64,000 bases of DNA from Spirochaetia bacterium (GCA_965140585.1 OZ223272.1:160001-224000), one strand, 5' to 3'; positions 20,376 through 30,952 are shown, counted from the first letter of the stretch. Notes: generated from the sequence alone by a model not told the origin. Numbers and translations are program-made.

Positions 20376-22094
20376 TTATTCACGAATCAGCCACAAAACT
20401 TCCCATGGTTCAAGTAAAATATTTTCACCGTTAAACCTGCTGCTTCCCGGCAGAAAAGCCGTATCGGTAATTATATCACGCATAGCAGAGTGCCCAATCT
20501 TCTGCTCCTGCTGCTTTGATGAAAGGTTTACAAGACAGAGAACCTTTTCACCTTTTTCATCAGATTCCCGCTCAAAAGCGAGTACAGATTCGGCTGAACT
20601 TACAATATTGAAGGCTGATGATGGATGAAAGGCCATATTCTGACGTCTGGCCGCAAGCATTCTCCGGTATCCGCTGAAAACAAGGGCTCTGAAAGATGCA
20701 GGATCGGCAAGCTCTGCAGTAACTTCATCAAAATCAAGCTTCTGCCTGTTTATGGTCCGGTTCATTCCGGTTACAGACACGCCTTCTTTCCAGTTGCCTG
20801 ATCCTATCAGACTATGTACATAGATTCCGGGAACTCCCGGAAATCCGAGAAGGATTGACTGTGAAGCAAGAAATTTCCGGGAACGTGAGTCTGCAGGAAG
20901 ATTTTTTTCCGCAACCGCGTCACAGTAGTTTACATTCATTTCATAGGGAATATCCCCGGTAGCTGTAGCTTTGTAAGAAATAAGGCCGCCCCTGTTTTTA
21001 ACACTGGCGATCAGCCCGTCAAGTTCATCCTCAGTCAGTATGCCCCTGGCAGGAAGAACCCCTACTCCGTCATGAGAAGCAAGAAAGTTGAAATAGGTAG
21101 TTCTGCCGTCAGGCGGCGGAAGCTCAGAAGCCCAGGCCTTCAGATGACCAGAGTCCTCCCTTAGAAAGGCGTCAAGAACCATCGGCGGAAGGGCAAACTG
21201 GTAGATCATCTGGGCTTCGTCGGTGCCGTTACCGAAATATGAGATGTTTTCCTTGTGGGGAACATTGGTTTCAGTAATAATTACAACCCAGGGTACAAAC
21301 TCATCAACAACAGCCCTGAAAAGCTGTACAGCTGCGTGCGTTTTAGGATGGTGCAGACATGAGTGGCCAAGTTCCTTCCACAGATAGGCGATAGCATCGA
21401 GTCTGATAACCTGAATGCCCTTCTGAACGTGAAACAGAAAAACGTCAATCATCTCAAGCATGATATCGGGATTTCCGAAATTCAAATCGACCTGATCGGC
21501 ACTGAAGGTTGTCCATACATGCTTTTTACCCTCTGCGGTGTCGAAGGCCGTCAGCAGAGGCAAAGCCCTCGGACGGAAAACCATCGACACATCAGTATCT
21601 TCCGGGACATCAATAAAGTACTCTTTGTATTTGCCATCACAGGCCAGGTAGGACTTAAACCATTCAGAGCTTGCAGAGCAGTGGTTAAGCACCAGATCGC
21701 TCATCAGTTTAAAGTTTTTACCGATCCCTTCCACGTCATCCCAGTCTCCCCAGTCAGGATTAACTTCCATATAGTCGACTATTGAAAATCCGTCATCAGA
21801 TGTATACGGAAAAAATGGCAGTATATGAACACCGGAAAGAAAGTCGGAAGTTTCCTGTTTAAAAAACTCACCCAGAGTCTTCATATGCGACTGGCCTTTC
21901 TTCTGAAACTGGTCCCCGTAGGTAATTACAAAAGCATCCTTCTCATCAAGCGGCAGAAGTCCCGTACCACAGTTGGAAGGTTTTTCGATGTTTGTCATTC
22001 GACGGGACACAAGAGCTTCAAGGCGGTTTTCTGTTTCTTTCCCGACATCTTCACCATAGATAAATGTTAAAAGTTCTCTTATCTTTGTATTCAT
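20376..22094 (-). CDS. GH13_18 phosphorylase, glucosylglycerate phosphorylase type (YcjM-like)
   Basis: WTTFSADQVDLN; RLDAIAYLWK; ITETNVPH; NFLASHDGVG; PYEMN. TETN and YExN are glucosylglycerate-phosphorylase signatures, unlike sucrose phosphorylase EIH / YQVN. Confidence 0.88.
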   Translation of the reverse strand: MNTKIRELLTFIYGEDVGKETENRLEALVSRRMTNIEKPSNCGTGLLPLDEKDAFVITYGDQFQKKGQSHMKTLGEFFKQETSDFLSGVHILPFFPYTSDDGFSIVDYMEVNPDWGDWDDVEGIGKNFKLMSDLVLNHCSASSEWFKSYLACDGKYKEYFIDVPEDTDVSMVFRPRALPLLTAFDTAEGKKHVWTTFSADQVDLNFGNPDIMLEMIDVFLFHVQKGIQVIRLDAIAYLWKELGHSCLHHPKTHAAVQLFRAVVDEFVPWVVIITETNVPHKENISYFGNGTDEAQMIYQFALPPMVLDAFLREDSGHLKAWASELPPPDGRTTYFNFLASHDGVGVLPARGILTEDELDGLIASVKNRGGLISYKATATGDIPYEMNVNYCDAVAEKNLPADSRSRKFLASQSILLGFPGVPGIYVHSLIGSGNWKEGVSVTGMNRTINRQKLDFDEVTAELADPASFRALVFSGYRRMLAARRQNMAFHPSSAFNIVSSAESVLAFERESDEKGEKVLCLVNLSSKQQEQKIGHSAMRDIITDTAFLPGSSRFNGENILLEPWEVLWLIRE

Positions 22095-22204
22095 ATTTAA
22101 AGTTTAACGGATACGGGTAGAAAATCAACTCATTATTGCAGCCTGTGCATAAACAGCTTGTAATTTAACCTGATATTAATTTAGAATCGGAAGCGGAGGA
22201 GCTT

Positions 22205-23755
22205 CTGAACGGCTTTACTGTTTTTCATTACCATCTTCTTCCCGGCGGCGTAACAAGTGTAATAATGCTCGGAATAAACTCCCTTCTAAAATACTATCCC
22301 GAACCGGTGAAGATCAGCATCGCAACCGGAATTGAAGAAAATACCGAAAAGGTAAAAAACGGCCTGCACAGGCCTGATGATGTTAATATCAAGGTAATAC
22401 CGGAAATCTATTATCGTGACTCCAGCCTCAGCTTCGGCAAAAAAGAGGTAAAGGCTCTTTCAGAAAAACTGCTTAAAAACTTCAGCGGCACGGTCTGGTG
22501 GATTCATAATTTCCAACTTGGAAAGAACCCGCTTTTTACTGCTGCAGTACTGTATACTATTAGAAATTATCCTCATCAGAAGTTCATACTGCACATTCAC
22601 GACTTTCCCGAATGCGCCCGGTACGATAACCTTGAAGCCATCAGCATTCCGCTGATTGGAGATCCCTACCCTGTACTACCCAACGTGGTCTACTGCCTTA
22701 TCAACAGCAGAGACAGGGACAAGCTGATTGCTGCGGGTATTCCTGAAAAACAGGTATTGCTGCTGAATAACCCTGTGGAAAGCACAGAACCTGTAGAGAA
22801 ACCTTCTGAACAGCAAAGGCTGAAACTTAGAAATGATCTGTTTGCCTACTTTAGAAAGGATTTCCCGGGACTTTCTGAAGATGGAAAGATCCTCTTCTAC
22901 CCGGTAAGATCGATACGGAGGAAGAATATTCTTGAGGCTGGTCTTATTGCCTCGGCATCAGAAGCTGATGTAAATCTGATAGTAAGCCTTCCCGGCGTCT
23001 CATCCCAGGAAAGGCAGTATTCTGATTTGTGCGCTGAAAGTTTCTCAAACGGACTTATTCCCGGTATTTTCGGAACAGGACTCGTAAGAGATAACAGCAT
23101 CCCCTCATATGAACAGATGCCTGGAATATCAGACTTGATTGTTTCCACATCAGTTCAGGAAGGCTTCGGTTACCTTTTTATTAATTCAGTCCAGTGGCAG
23201 ATTCCGCTGTTTGCAAGAAGTCTTGAGACCATGGGCGGACTTGAACCTCTGTTAAGAAATCATGAAAACTGTTTTTATGACAGGTTTGATGTTCCAGTTG
23301 ATGGTGAAACGATCCAGGCACTTAAAGCGATGTACTTGAAAAAACTAGAAGGTATTTCAGGATACCTCACAGATTCAAGAATTTCCGCACTAAAAGAAAA
23401 TATTGAATCTGAGTTCACAGCTGAAACAACTGATTTTGCATATCTTTCGGTTGAAGAACAGTTGAACTGCCTTAAAAAGGCTGCCGGCTCTGCTGATTAT
23501 CGAAAGACTCTAAATGAACTGAACAGAAAAACTTTCAGTGAACTTTACAGGCTCCTGAATACGGATGATGCCGGAATTTTTCCCGATACAAACGGCTTCA
23601 GCCCGGAGAACCACGCATTGACTATTAAAAAGGCTGCGGATATTCTAAACGCAGACTACGAGGCATCCCGAACCGGAAAACCGGCGCAGGTACAGAAAAA
23701 TCTTATTGACGGATTTACCGGACTGGACAACATGAGGCTCTTATATGACTATTAA
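22205..23755 (+). CDS. Second GT4-type glycosyltransferase; probable non-canonical CTG start at 22205 (track starts at ATG 22265)
   Basis: In-frame HYHLLPGGVTSVI upstream of the first ATG; WIHNFQLGKN; HIHDFPE; YPVRSIRRKNILEA; TSVQEGFGYLF. Confidence 0.75.
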   Translation: MNGFTVFHYHLLPGGVTSVIMLGINSLLKYYPEPVKISIATGIEENTEKVKNGLHRPDDVNIKVIPEIYYRDSSLSFGKKEVKALSEKLLKNFSGTVWWIHNFQLGKNPLFTAAVLYTIRNYPHQKFILHIHDFPECARYDNLEAISIPLIGDPYPVLPNVVYCLINSRDRDKLIAAGIPEKQVLLLNNPVESTEPVEKPSEQQRLKLRNDLFAYFRKDFPGLSEDGKILFYPVRSIRRKNILEAGLIASASEADVNLIVSLPGVSSQERQYSDLCAESFSNGLIPGIFGTGLVRDNSIPSYEQMPGISDLIVSTSVQEGFGYLFINSVQWQIPLFARSLETMGGLEPLLRNHENCFYDRFDVPVDGETIQALKAMYLKKLEGISGYLTDSRISALKENIESEFTAETTDFAYLSVEEQLNCLKKAAGSADYRKTLNELNRKTFSELYRLLNTDDAGIFPDTNGFSPENHALTIKKAADILNADYEASRTGKPAQVQKNLIDGFTGLDNMRLLYDY

Positions 23756-24962
23756 AAAAACTCTGGTTTTAATATTTTCCCTTTTTATTTCCACACAGGC
23801 ATTCGCCGCATCTCAGGACAATCTGAAGGTCAGCCTTGTATTCAACGGTCCGGCCGATGAGCTGTATTCCTGGTGGGGGCATGTAGCAATAGTAATTGAA
23901 GATGTTTCAAACGGACATGCCCGCTACTACGACTACGGCAACTTCAGTTTTGATCAGGACTCTTTTGTAAGAAACTTTGTTATGGGCCGACTTTTTTTTC
24001 TTAAAATGGCATCAAATCCCGGAGGCCAGTACAGATACGGTATAATGCTTAACCGTGATATTACCCGGTATGAGCTGAACCTGAGCAGGGAACAGGCCTC
24101 AGCCCTCAGGGATTTTCTTGAGGAGGAAATCAAGCCCGATAACCGGATCTATCTGTATGATCACTTCTATGATAACTGCTCAACAAGAATCCGTGATGCA
24201 ATAGATATGGTTCTCGACGGAGAACTGCACGCTGCCTCGCTTGATAAATCAGAGTATACAATAAGAGAGGACTTCAGACGCTTTACCACCGGAAGCCCCT
24301 ATATGGACTGGCTGCTGAATTTTGCCATCAACGGTTCAATAGACCGCGAAATCCTTGTATGGGATGAAATGTACCTTCCGGCGGAGCTGGAGAAAAACAT
24401 TAAAACCCTGGTGATCACAGATTCAAAGGGAGAATCAGTTCCCCTGGTAGCCAGCAGGGAAGTTCTTAACGAAGCCCAGGGCAGAGTTGAAATACCCGAA
24501 CATGCCAAGGCAGCCTGGCCGCTGGGTCTGCTTTCCGGAATTATGGGCGCCGTAATTTCTGCTGTGCTTCTTCTTGCCGGACGAAGAAACAACCTGTTCA
24601 ACAGATTATTCGGTATTTTCAGCGCCATGCTTTCACTTGCCCTGGCGCTTACAGGCTCACTGCTTTTATTTATGGCTCTGTTTACAGACCATGCTTTTTC
24701 ATACTGGAATCAGAACCTGCTTTTCATTAACCCGTTTCTGTTCGTAACACTCATCCATTCAATCAGGGTTGCGGCAGGTAAAAAGTCTGCGTATATAAGC
24801 CTTCGCAGGTGCTGGAACGTCACTGCAGCATGTACAATTATTGCACTGCTTCTAAAAATCATTCCTGCAATATATCAGGCTAATATGACCAGTATCATAT
24901 TCATGATTCTTCCTGCAGTAACAATTTCTGCACTAATGTCAAGAAAAAAATCCTTTGTCTGA
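23745..24962 (+). CDS. DUF4105 membrane protein (Lnb-like lipoprotein N-acyltransferase family)
   Basis: Signal peptide; GPADELYSWWGH; YDYGNFSF; YLYDHFYDNCSTRIRD; C-terminal TM bundle. Confidence 0.82.
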   Translation: MTIKKTLVLIFSLFISTQAFAASQDNLKVSLVFNGPADELYSWWGHVAIVIEDVSNGHARYYDYGNFSFDQDSFVRNFVMGRLFFLKMASNPGGQYRYGIMLNRDITRYELNLSREQASALRDFLEEEIKPDNRIYLYDHFYDNCSTRIRDAIDMVLDGELHAASLDKSEYTIREDFRRFTTGSPYMDWLLNFAINGSIDREILVWDEMYLPAELEKNIKTLVITDSKGESVPLVASREVLNEAQGRVEIPEHAKAAWPLGLLSGIMGAVISAVLLLAGRRNNLFNRLFGIFSAMLSLALALTGSLLLFMALFTDHAFSYWNQNLLFINPFLFVTLIHSIRVAAGKKSAYISLRRCWNVTAACTIIALLLKIIPAIYQANMTSIIFMILPAVTISALMSRKKSFV

Positions 24963-25057
24963 TATTTAGCTCAGATGTGCCTCGATCCTTGTATCTTTTA
25001 CCTCAAACCACTATAATAATTGAACAACAATAAATTTAATTTTTGGAAGGGATACAA

Positions 25058-28000
25058 ATGGCTGATAAGAAAATGGTTACCATTGACGGTAATAGTGCAG
25101 CTGCGCATGTGGCCTATGCTTTCAGCGAAGTTGCTGCTATTTACCCGATTACACCATCGTCTCCTATGGGAGAATACGCTGATTCCTGGGCATCCACAGG
25201 AAGAGAAAACGTTTACGGAAAAATTGTAGACGTTATGGAAATGCAGTCCGAGGCCGGAGCAGCAGGTGCTGTTCACGGAGCACTTAGCGGTGGCGCTCTT
25301 ACCACTACTTTTACTGCATCTCAGGGTCTGCTTCTGATGATTCCGAATATGCATAAGATTGCCGGAGAAATGCTTCCGACAGTTTTCCATGTTTCTGCAA
25401 GATCACTTGCTGCACAGTCACTCTCAATCTTCGGAGATCACTCCGACGTAATGTCAACAAGAAACACCGGTTTCGCAATGACTGCTGCATCAAACATCCA
25501 GGAAACAATGGATATGGCTCTTGTTGCTCATCTTGCAACACTTAAATCAGAGATACCATTCCTTGCATTTTTCGACGGATTCAGAACTTCACACGAGATC
25601 ATGAAGGTTGAAGAGATATCATACGCTGATATCAAATCACTGATTGAACCCAAATACATCGAGAAGTTCCGCTCAAGAGCAATGAAACCTGAAGCACCTA
25701 TTGTTAAGGTTGCTGCTCAGAACCCTGATGTTTACTTCCAGGGTCGCGAAACTTCAAACAACTACTACGACGCTGTTCCTGGAATTGTACAGGAATACAT
25801 GGACAAGGTTGCCAAAATTACCGGCCGCCAGTATCACCTTTTTGATTATGTCGGAGCTCCTGATGCTGAAAAAATCATCATCGCTATGGGAAGCGCCTGC
25901 GATACTATCGAATTAACTGTTAATGCCCTTGTTGCAAAGGGTGAAAAAGTCGGAGCCATCAAGGTAAGACTTTATCGACCATTCTCTGTGGAAGCATTTG
26001 TTGATGCTATTCCTGCAAGTGTTAAGAAAATCGCTGTTCTTGACCGAACTAAAGAGCCCGGATCACTTGGTGAACCACTCTTCCTCGATGTTGCTGCTGT
26101 TCTTGCAGGAAAAGACATCAAGGTAGTCGGCGGACGCTACGGTCTTTCTTCAAAAGAATTCACACCGTCTCATGTTAAAGCCGTTCTTGATCACCTTGAC
26201 GGAGCAGCTTTCAACGGATTCACAGTCGGAATCAAAGACGATGTAAGCAATAAATCAATCGACGTTAAGGAAGAAATTGATGCAATTCCTTCAGACGTTG
26301 TTTCCTGTATGTTCTGGGGTCTGGGTTCAGACGGTACAGTAGGTGCGAACAAAAACTCAATCAAAATCATCGGTGACAACACTGATATGAACGCACAGGG
26401 ATACTTTGACTATGACTCAAAGAAGTCAGGAGGTATCACAGTTTCTCACCTTAGATTCGGAAAGAGCAAGGTTAACTTTCCATGGCTCATTACAAAGGCA
26501 GACTTTGTTGCATGTTCAAACCCCGCTTATATCGGACGATACGACATGCTCGGGCCTCTCAAGGAAGGCGGAGTATTCCTCCTGAACGCATTGGTTCCTG
26601 CAGATGAGGTATTCTACACCCTCACTGAAGAAGAACAGCAGATAATGATCGATAAAAAGATCAACTTCTACTGCATGAACGCGTATGACGTTGCTGAAGA
26701 AGTAGGTCTAGGTAACAGAACAAATACTGTAATGCAGGCTGCGTTCTTCAAGATTTCAGGTATTCTTCCTGAAAAAGAAGCAATTGACCTGATGAAGGCT
26801 GCTGCAAAGAAAACTTTCGCAAAGAAGGGTGACGATATCGTTAAGATGAACTGGAACGCTATTGATCAGTCAGCTGCAGCTCTCAAGAAAGTTGAAGTTC
26901 CTGCATCATTACCCGGAAAGTGCTATACAGCACCCAAGCTGATTAAAGACGATGCGGATGATTTTGCAAAGAACATTGTTGAAAAAATAATGCACCTCAA
27001 GGGCAATGACATCCCTGTTTCACAGATGTCATACGATGGTACACTTCCTACCGGAACAACTAAGCTTGAAAAGCGCGGTGTTGCACCACGTGTTCCGAAC
27101 TGGCTTGGTGAAAACTGTATTCAGTGTAACCAGTGTGTTCAGTCATGTCCCCATGCTGCAATAAGAACAAAGATGATCGAAACTGATAAAATGGCAGGGG
27201 CTCCTGATACTTTTGATGCTGTTAAATACAAGGCATCCAAAGACAAGGAATACATGTACAAGATTCAGATGTTCATCGAAGACTGTCAGGGATGCGGTGT
27301 ATGTATTGAAACATGTCCTGCAAAGACAAAGGCTCTTGAATGGAGTACCCTTGAAGTTGAAAGAGCTGCAGGCGAAACTGCAAACGAAGCTTTCTTTGAG
27401 ACACTACCCTACGGTGCACTTGACGGATCATCAGAAGAAAATGTTAAGGGAATGCAGTTCAGACAGCCTCTGTTCGAGTTCTCCGGAGCATGTGCCGGTT
27501 GTGGAGAGACTCCGTATGTTAAACTTGTAACTCAGGTCTGCGGAGACAGAATGGTTGTTGCAAATGCAACAGGATGTTCTTCAATTTACGGCGGAACTTT
27601 CCCGACTATTCCTTACACAAAGAAACCCAACGGACGCGGTCCTGCATGGGGCAACTCACTTTTCGAAGACAATGCTGAATATGGTTTCGGTATGAGACTC
27701 GCTGTAGACTCAAACAGGGACCTCCTTAAACTCAAAGCAGAAAAAGCTCTCCAGCTTGGACTTAAGGGTGCTGCAGCAGATGCTCTTAAAAAACAGCTGG
27801 AAATGTGGACGTCTGTAGAACAGACTGCAATTGACGGTCAGGATGCTCTTGGTGTACTTCTTGAAGCTGAGGCTGCAAAGGCTTCAGGAGAGATGAAAGA
27901 AACTCTCGACAAGATGGTTGAACTTAAAGACTATTTTGTTGACAAGAGTGTATGGATTCTCGGCGGTGACGGATGGGCATATGACATCGGTTACGGCGGT

Positions 28001-28582
28001 GTTGACCACGTAGTAGCCATGGGCAAGAATGTCAACATCCTTGTTATGGATACAGAGGTTTACTCAAACACCGGTGGACAGGCATCAAAGGCCACTCCGA
28101 TTGCCGCAGTTGCAAAGTTTGCTAATGCAGGTATGCAGCTTACAAAGAAGAACATGGGCTTCATGTGTATGAGCTACGGCTATGTATATGTTGCATCCAT
28201 TTCAATGGGAGCAAACAGGGCACAGGCTCAGAAAGCGATCATGGAAGCTGAAGCATATGATGGACCTTCAATCATCTTCGCATACGCACCATGTATCAAC
28301 CACGGTATCGATATGTCAAAGTCACAGGCTGAAGCAAAACGTGCTGTTGAAGCAGGCTACTGGCCGCTTTACAGATACAACCCTGCACTTGAAGAAGGCA
28401 AGAGGTTCAACTGGGAAACAAAAGATCCTACAGCTTCATTTCAGGACTTCATCAGAAGTGAAAGAAGGTACACAGCTCTTCAGGCAACCAACCCCGACCA
28501 TGCAGAGGAACTCTTTGCACTGGCAGAAGAGGATGCAAAGAAGAGAATGGACTTCTACAAAAAGCTTGGCGAAATAATGTAA
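25058..28582 (+). CDS. nifJ: Pyruvate:ferredoxin (flavodoxin) oxidoreductase
   Basis: AIYPITPSSPMGE; MQSEAGAAG; two CxxCxxCxxxCP ferredoxin motifs; FSGACAGCGE; GGDGWAYDIG; start moved to ATG 25058 after GGAAGGG. Confidence 0.98.
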   Translation: MADKKMVTIDGNSAAAHVAYAFSEVAAIYPITPSSPMGEYADSWASTGRENVYGKIVDVMEMQSEAGAAGAVHGALSGGALTTTFTASQGLLLMIPNMHKIAGEMLPTVFHVSARSLAAQSLSIFGDHSDVMSTRNTGFAMTAASNIQETMDMALVAHLATLKSEIPFLAFFDGFRTSHEIMKVEEISYADIKSLIEPKYIEKFRSRAMKPEAPIVKVAAQNPDVYFQGRETSNNYYDAVPGIVQEYMDKVAKITGRQYHLFDYVGAPDAEKIIIAMGSACDTIELTVNALVAKGEKVGAIKVRLYRPFSVEAFVDAIPASVKKIAVLDRTKEPGSLGEPLFLDVAAVLAGKDIKVVGGRYGLSSKEFTPSHVKAVLDHLDGAAFNGFTVGIKDDVSNKSIDVKEEIDAIPSDVVSCMFWGLGSDGTVGANKNSIKIIGDNTDMNAQGYFDYDSKKSGGITVSHLRFGKSKVNFPWLITKADFVACSNPAYIGRYDMLGPLKEGGVFLLNALVPADEVFYTLTEEEQQIMIDKKINFYCMNAYDVAEEVGLGNRTNTVMQAAFFKISGILPEKEAIDLMKAAAKKTFAKKGDDIVKMNWNAIDQSAAALKKVEVPASLPGKCYTAPKLIKDDADDFAKNIVEKIMHLKGNDIPVSQMSYDGTLPTGTTKLEKRGVAPRVPNWLGENCIQCNQCVQSCPHAAIRTKMIETDKMAGAPDTFDAVKYKASKDKEYMYKIQMFIEDCQGCGVCIETCPAKTKALEWSTLEVERAAGETANEAFFETLPYGALDGSSEENVKGMQFRQPLFEFSGACAGCGETPYVKLVTQVCGDRMVVANATGCSSIYGGTFPTIPYTKKPNGRGPAWGNSLFEDNAEYGFGMRLAVDSNRDLLKLKAEKALQLGLKGAAADALKKQLEMWTSVEQTAIDGQDALGVLLEAEAAKASGEMKETLDKMVELKDYFVDKSVWILGGDGWAYDIGYGGVDHVVAMGKNVNILVMDTEVYSNTGGQASKATPIAAVAKFANAGMQLTKKNMGFMCMSYGYVYVASISMGANRAQAQKAIMEAEAYDGPSIIFAYAPCINHGIDMSKSQAEAKRAVEAGYWPLYRYNPALEEGKRFNWETKDPTASFQDFIRSERRYTALQATNPDHAEELFALAEEDAKKRMDFYKKLGEIM

Positions 28583-28633
28583 TCGAAGCTTCGCTTCAAT
28601 TACATTCAGAAGTTTCGGTACTACCGAAACTTC
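28576..28633. repeat. Two tandem palindromes overlapping and following the nifJ stop
   Basis: AATGTAATCGAAGC / GCTTCAATTACATT (one mismatch); GAAGTTTCGGTA-C-TACCGAAACTTC (perfect 12-bp arms). Confidence 0.75.
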
Positions 28634-28654
28634 ACTACATCAAGCAATCATTAC

Positions 28655-28686
28655 AGCCGCAGACTTTATGGTTTGCGGCTTTTTTT
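28655..28686 (+). terminator. Intrinsic terminator of nifJ
   Basis: AGCCGCAGAC..GTTTGCGGCT followed by a T-run. Confidence 0.85.
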
Positions 28687-28809
28687 AGTTTTTTTCATTT
28701 TACTTATATTAATTTTGTAATACTTCGTTATTGACTGTATTCCTTACTTTACCTATCATTCTGCAGAAACAAAATCTTTCGACCTTTCATATTCAGAAGG
28801 ATTACTCAC

Positions 28810-29736
28810 ATGCTGTTACAACTGCTTAACATATTCGGTAAAATACTGCTGCTGCTCGCATTCGGATTCGTTCTTTCAAAAAAAGGGATAATGAAGATAA
28901 AAATGAGGGACAGCCTCTCTGAACTGCTGGTAAAGATTATTCTACCGGTAAACATCATACATGCTTCCGGACAGATATTTTCAAAAGAAAATGCCATGGG
29001 CATGCTTTTAGTTTTTCTGATAAGTTCAGCCTATTTTTTATTATTTCTAGTAACCCTGAGCATTGTCACCAGAAAGCTGAAGGTAAATAAAAGGTTTAGA
29101 AGTGTTTTTATAAATGTAATGGTATTCGCCAATGTCGGATTCATAGGGTTCCCTCTTCTTGGAGAGATGTTCGGAAAAACAGGAACTCTCTATACGGTTG
29201 CCTATAATATGAGTTTTCAACTGTTTTTCTTTTCCTACGGACTGATGCTTTTGACAGGAAAAGAAAAGATAAGTATAAGAAATCTGTTCAGCAATAAAAC
29301 ATTGTATGTATCAATATTCTCTATAATAATTTACTTATCAGGATTAAGATTTCCCGATTTCATACAGTATACACTGGGTTCAATCGGCGGTATGATGGTT
29401 CCGCTGTCCATGATGCTCATCGGCTGGGAAATAGCAAACTCCAATTTTAAGGAAATCCTCTGTGATCGCTATGCTTATATAGTTTCTGCAATGAGGCTTA
29501 TCTTCATTCCCCTGACACTTGCAGTAATCCTGAAATTACTGAATATTGATCCGATCACTGCCTCTTCAGCAGTAATACTATCTGCCCTGCCCTCCGGCTC
29601 ACTTACGGTAATAATGTCTCAGGCGGAGAATAACGACTCGGCCTTCTCGACCTGGGCAGTTGCCTAGAGCACTATACTGATGCTTCCAACACTGCCGCTA
29701 ATTTTCCTCTTTGTTCAGTATTTTTTTACAGAATAA
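28810..29736 (+). pseudogene. AEC (auxin efflux carrier) family transporter with premature TAG at 29665-29667
   Basis: FANVGFIGFPL and PLSMMLIG motifs; the frame continues past TAG as STILMLPTLPLIFLFVQYFFTE (typical last TM helix) to TAA 29736. Confidence 0.8.
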
Positions 29737-29744
29737 AAATGGAA

Positions 29745-30883
29745 TCAGCTGCCTATAATAACCTCATCTCCGTCCCAGCTGAACTTAGAGTTAAGTCCTG
29801 CTTTTTCGGTTATCTTCTTCACATAGTCAAAAACTATTTCACCCCATTCATCCTTTTTAACAACCATGGGGACGCCCTCCTTGTTCACGACCATCGGTAT
29901 ATACCCCGTTTCTGCTATGGCTCCATCTTTGATAGTACATTTAGCTGTAATGCAGAGCTTGGCCTCGGGGTGAAAATGATAGGTTGGATACTCGGGATCC
30001 GGAACAAAACCAAAGCGCTCACTCCGTGTCCGTGCCAACTCTTCAGGATCAAAAAACTTGTTTTTATTTCCGTTTTTTGCCTTGAAATCGGGCATTAGTG
30101 AGGGCACCCATGCAATGAAATTTCCAAGACTGTGAAAGATTGTCTTTCCTTTGTAGATTTCATTTCCGTGAAGGATATGCTGATGGCTTGAGAAGATAAC
30201 ATCAGCACCTGCATCAATTGCCGCATAGCAGATAATCTGCTCATAATCGGCTAGTTTTACGGGTTTGTGAACAAGCCCCTTGTGAAGATAAAGACATAGA
30301 ACATCACACTTTTTTTCAGATCAGATATTTCCGCAAGCATAAGGCTGAAACTTTTAGGCTCAGGCCATGAATTGATTATGGATGGTGTACCGCCAGGATT
30401 GGCTACATCACCAAGTTCGTAATGTGTTATTATATCAAGCTTCGCACAGCCGGCCTTCTCAGGACCGGCAGTCATGATTTTCGGTCCTGTGCAGTTGTAA
30501 CTCAGAAACCCGACCCTTGTCCCCTCCTTATCAATTATCACCGGGCGCCTGGCTTCAACAATATTTCTTCCTCCGCCGAAATACGGAACAGAGTTGTAAT
30601 CAAGCCAGTTTACAGTTTCATAAACTCCAGTCTCTTTTGCATCATAGATATGATTTCCTGCAAGTGAAATAAGATCAAAATATTTAGCAATAGGTTTAAG
30701 GTTGTCAGTCTCAAGGTTAAGATCAGCCAGTTCAGGAGCACTATTACTGTACGGGACTTCAAGCTGTCCTACCCTGATATCAGCAGTATCAAGTACCGGT
30801 CCGACAGATGAAAAAAACTTTTCGGGGTCCTCCCCAAGAATTATGTCTCCCGCTGCAAGCGTGGTTATTGATTTGTTGACCAT
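29745..30883 (-). pseudogene. CapA/PGA_cap family metallophosphoesterase split by a frameshift in an A7 run (about 30310-30316)
   Basis: AAGDI; SLAGNHIYD; the shifted frame gives LHKG..AIDAGADVIFSSHQHILHG..IFHSLGNF, which joins ORF 29745-30107. Confidence 0.85.
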
Positions 30884-30932
30884 ATTTCATTCTCTCTCCA
30901 CAGTGATAGGCTTGTAATCTATAATTATTTCA

Positions 30933-30952
30933 ATGCTAAAACAGTTTAGCAT
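30933..30952. promoter_or_regulatory. Candidate LacI-type operator upstream of the capA-like gene
   Basis: Near-palindrome ATGCTAAAACAGTTTAGCAT next to a LacI gene. Confidence 0.55.

Noticed and set aside
20376-22094. Sucrose phosphorylase plus PTS sucrose uptake
   Set aside because: Signatures are TETN/YEMN rather than EIH/YQVN, and the Enzyme I has a GAF domain with no EII genes nearby
30305-30320. Programmed -1 frameshift at AAAAAAAG in the capA-like gene
   Set aside because: The A-AAA-AAG heptamer is not in the zero frame, no stimulatory structure is evident, and neighbouring genes are decaying
29745-30883. Poly-gamma-glutamate capsule locus
   Set aside because: No capB/capC and no membrane anchor; CapA-fold proteins are widespread without capsules
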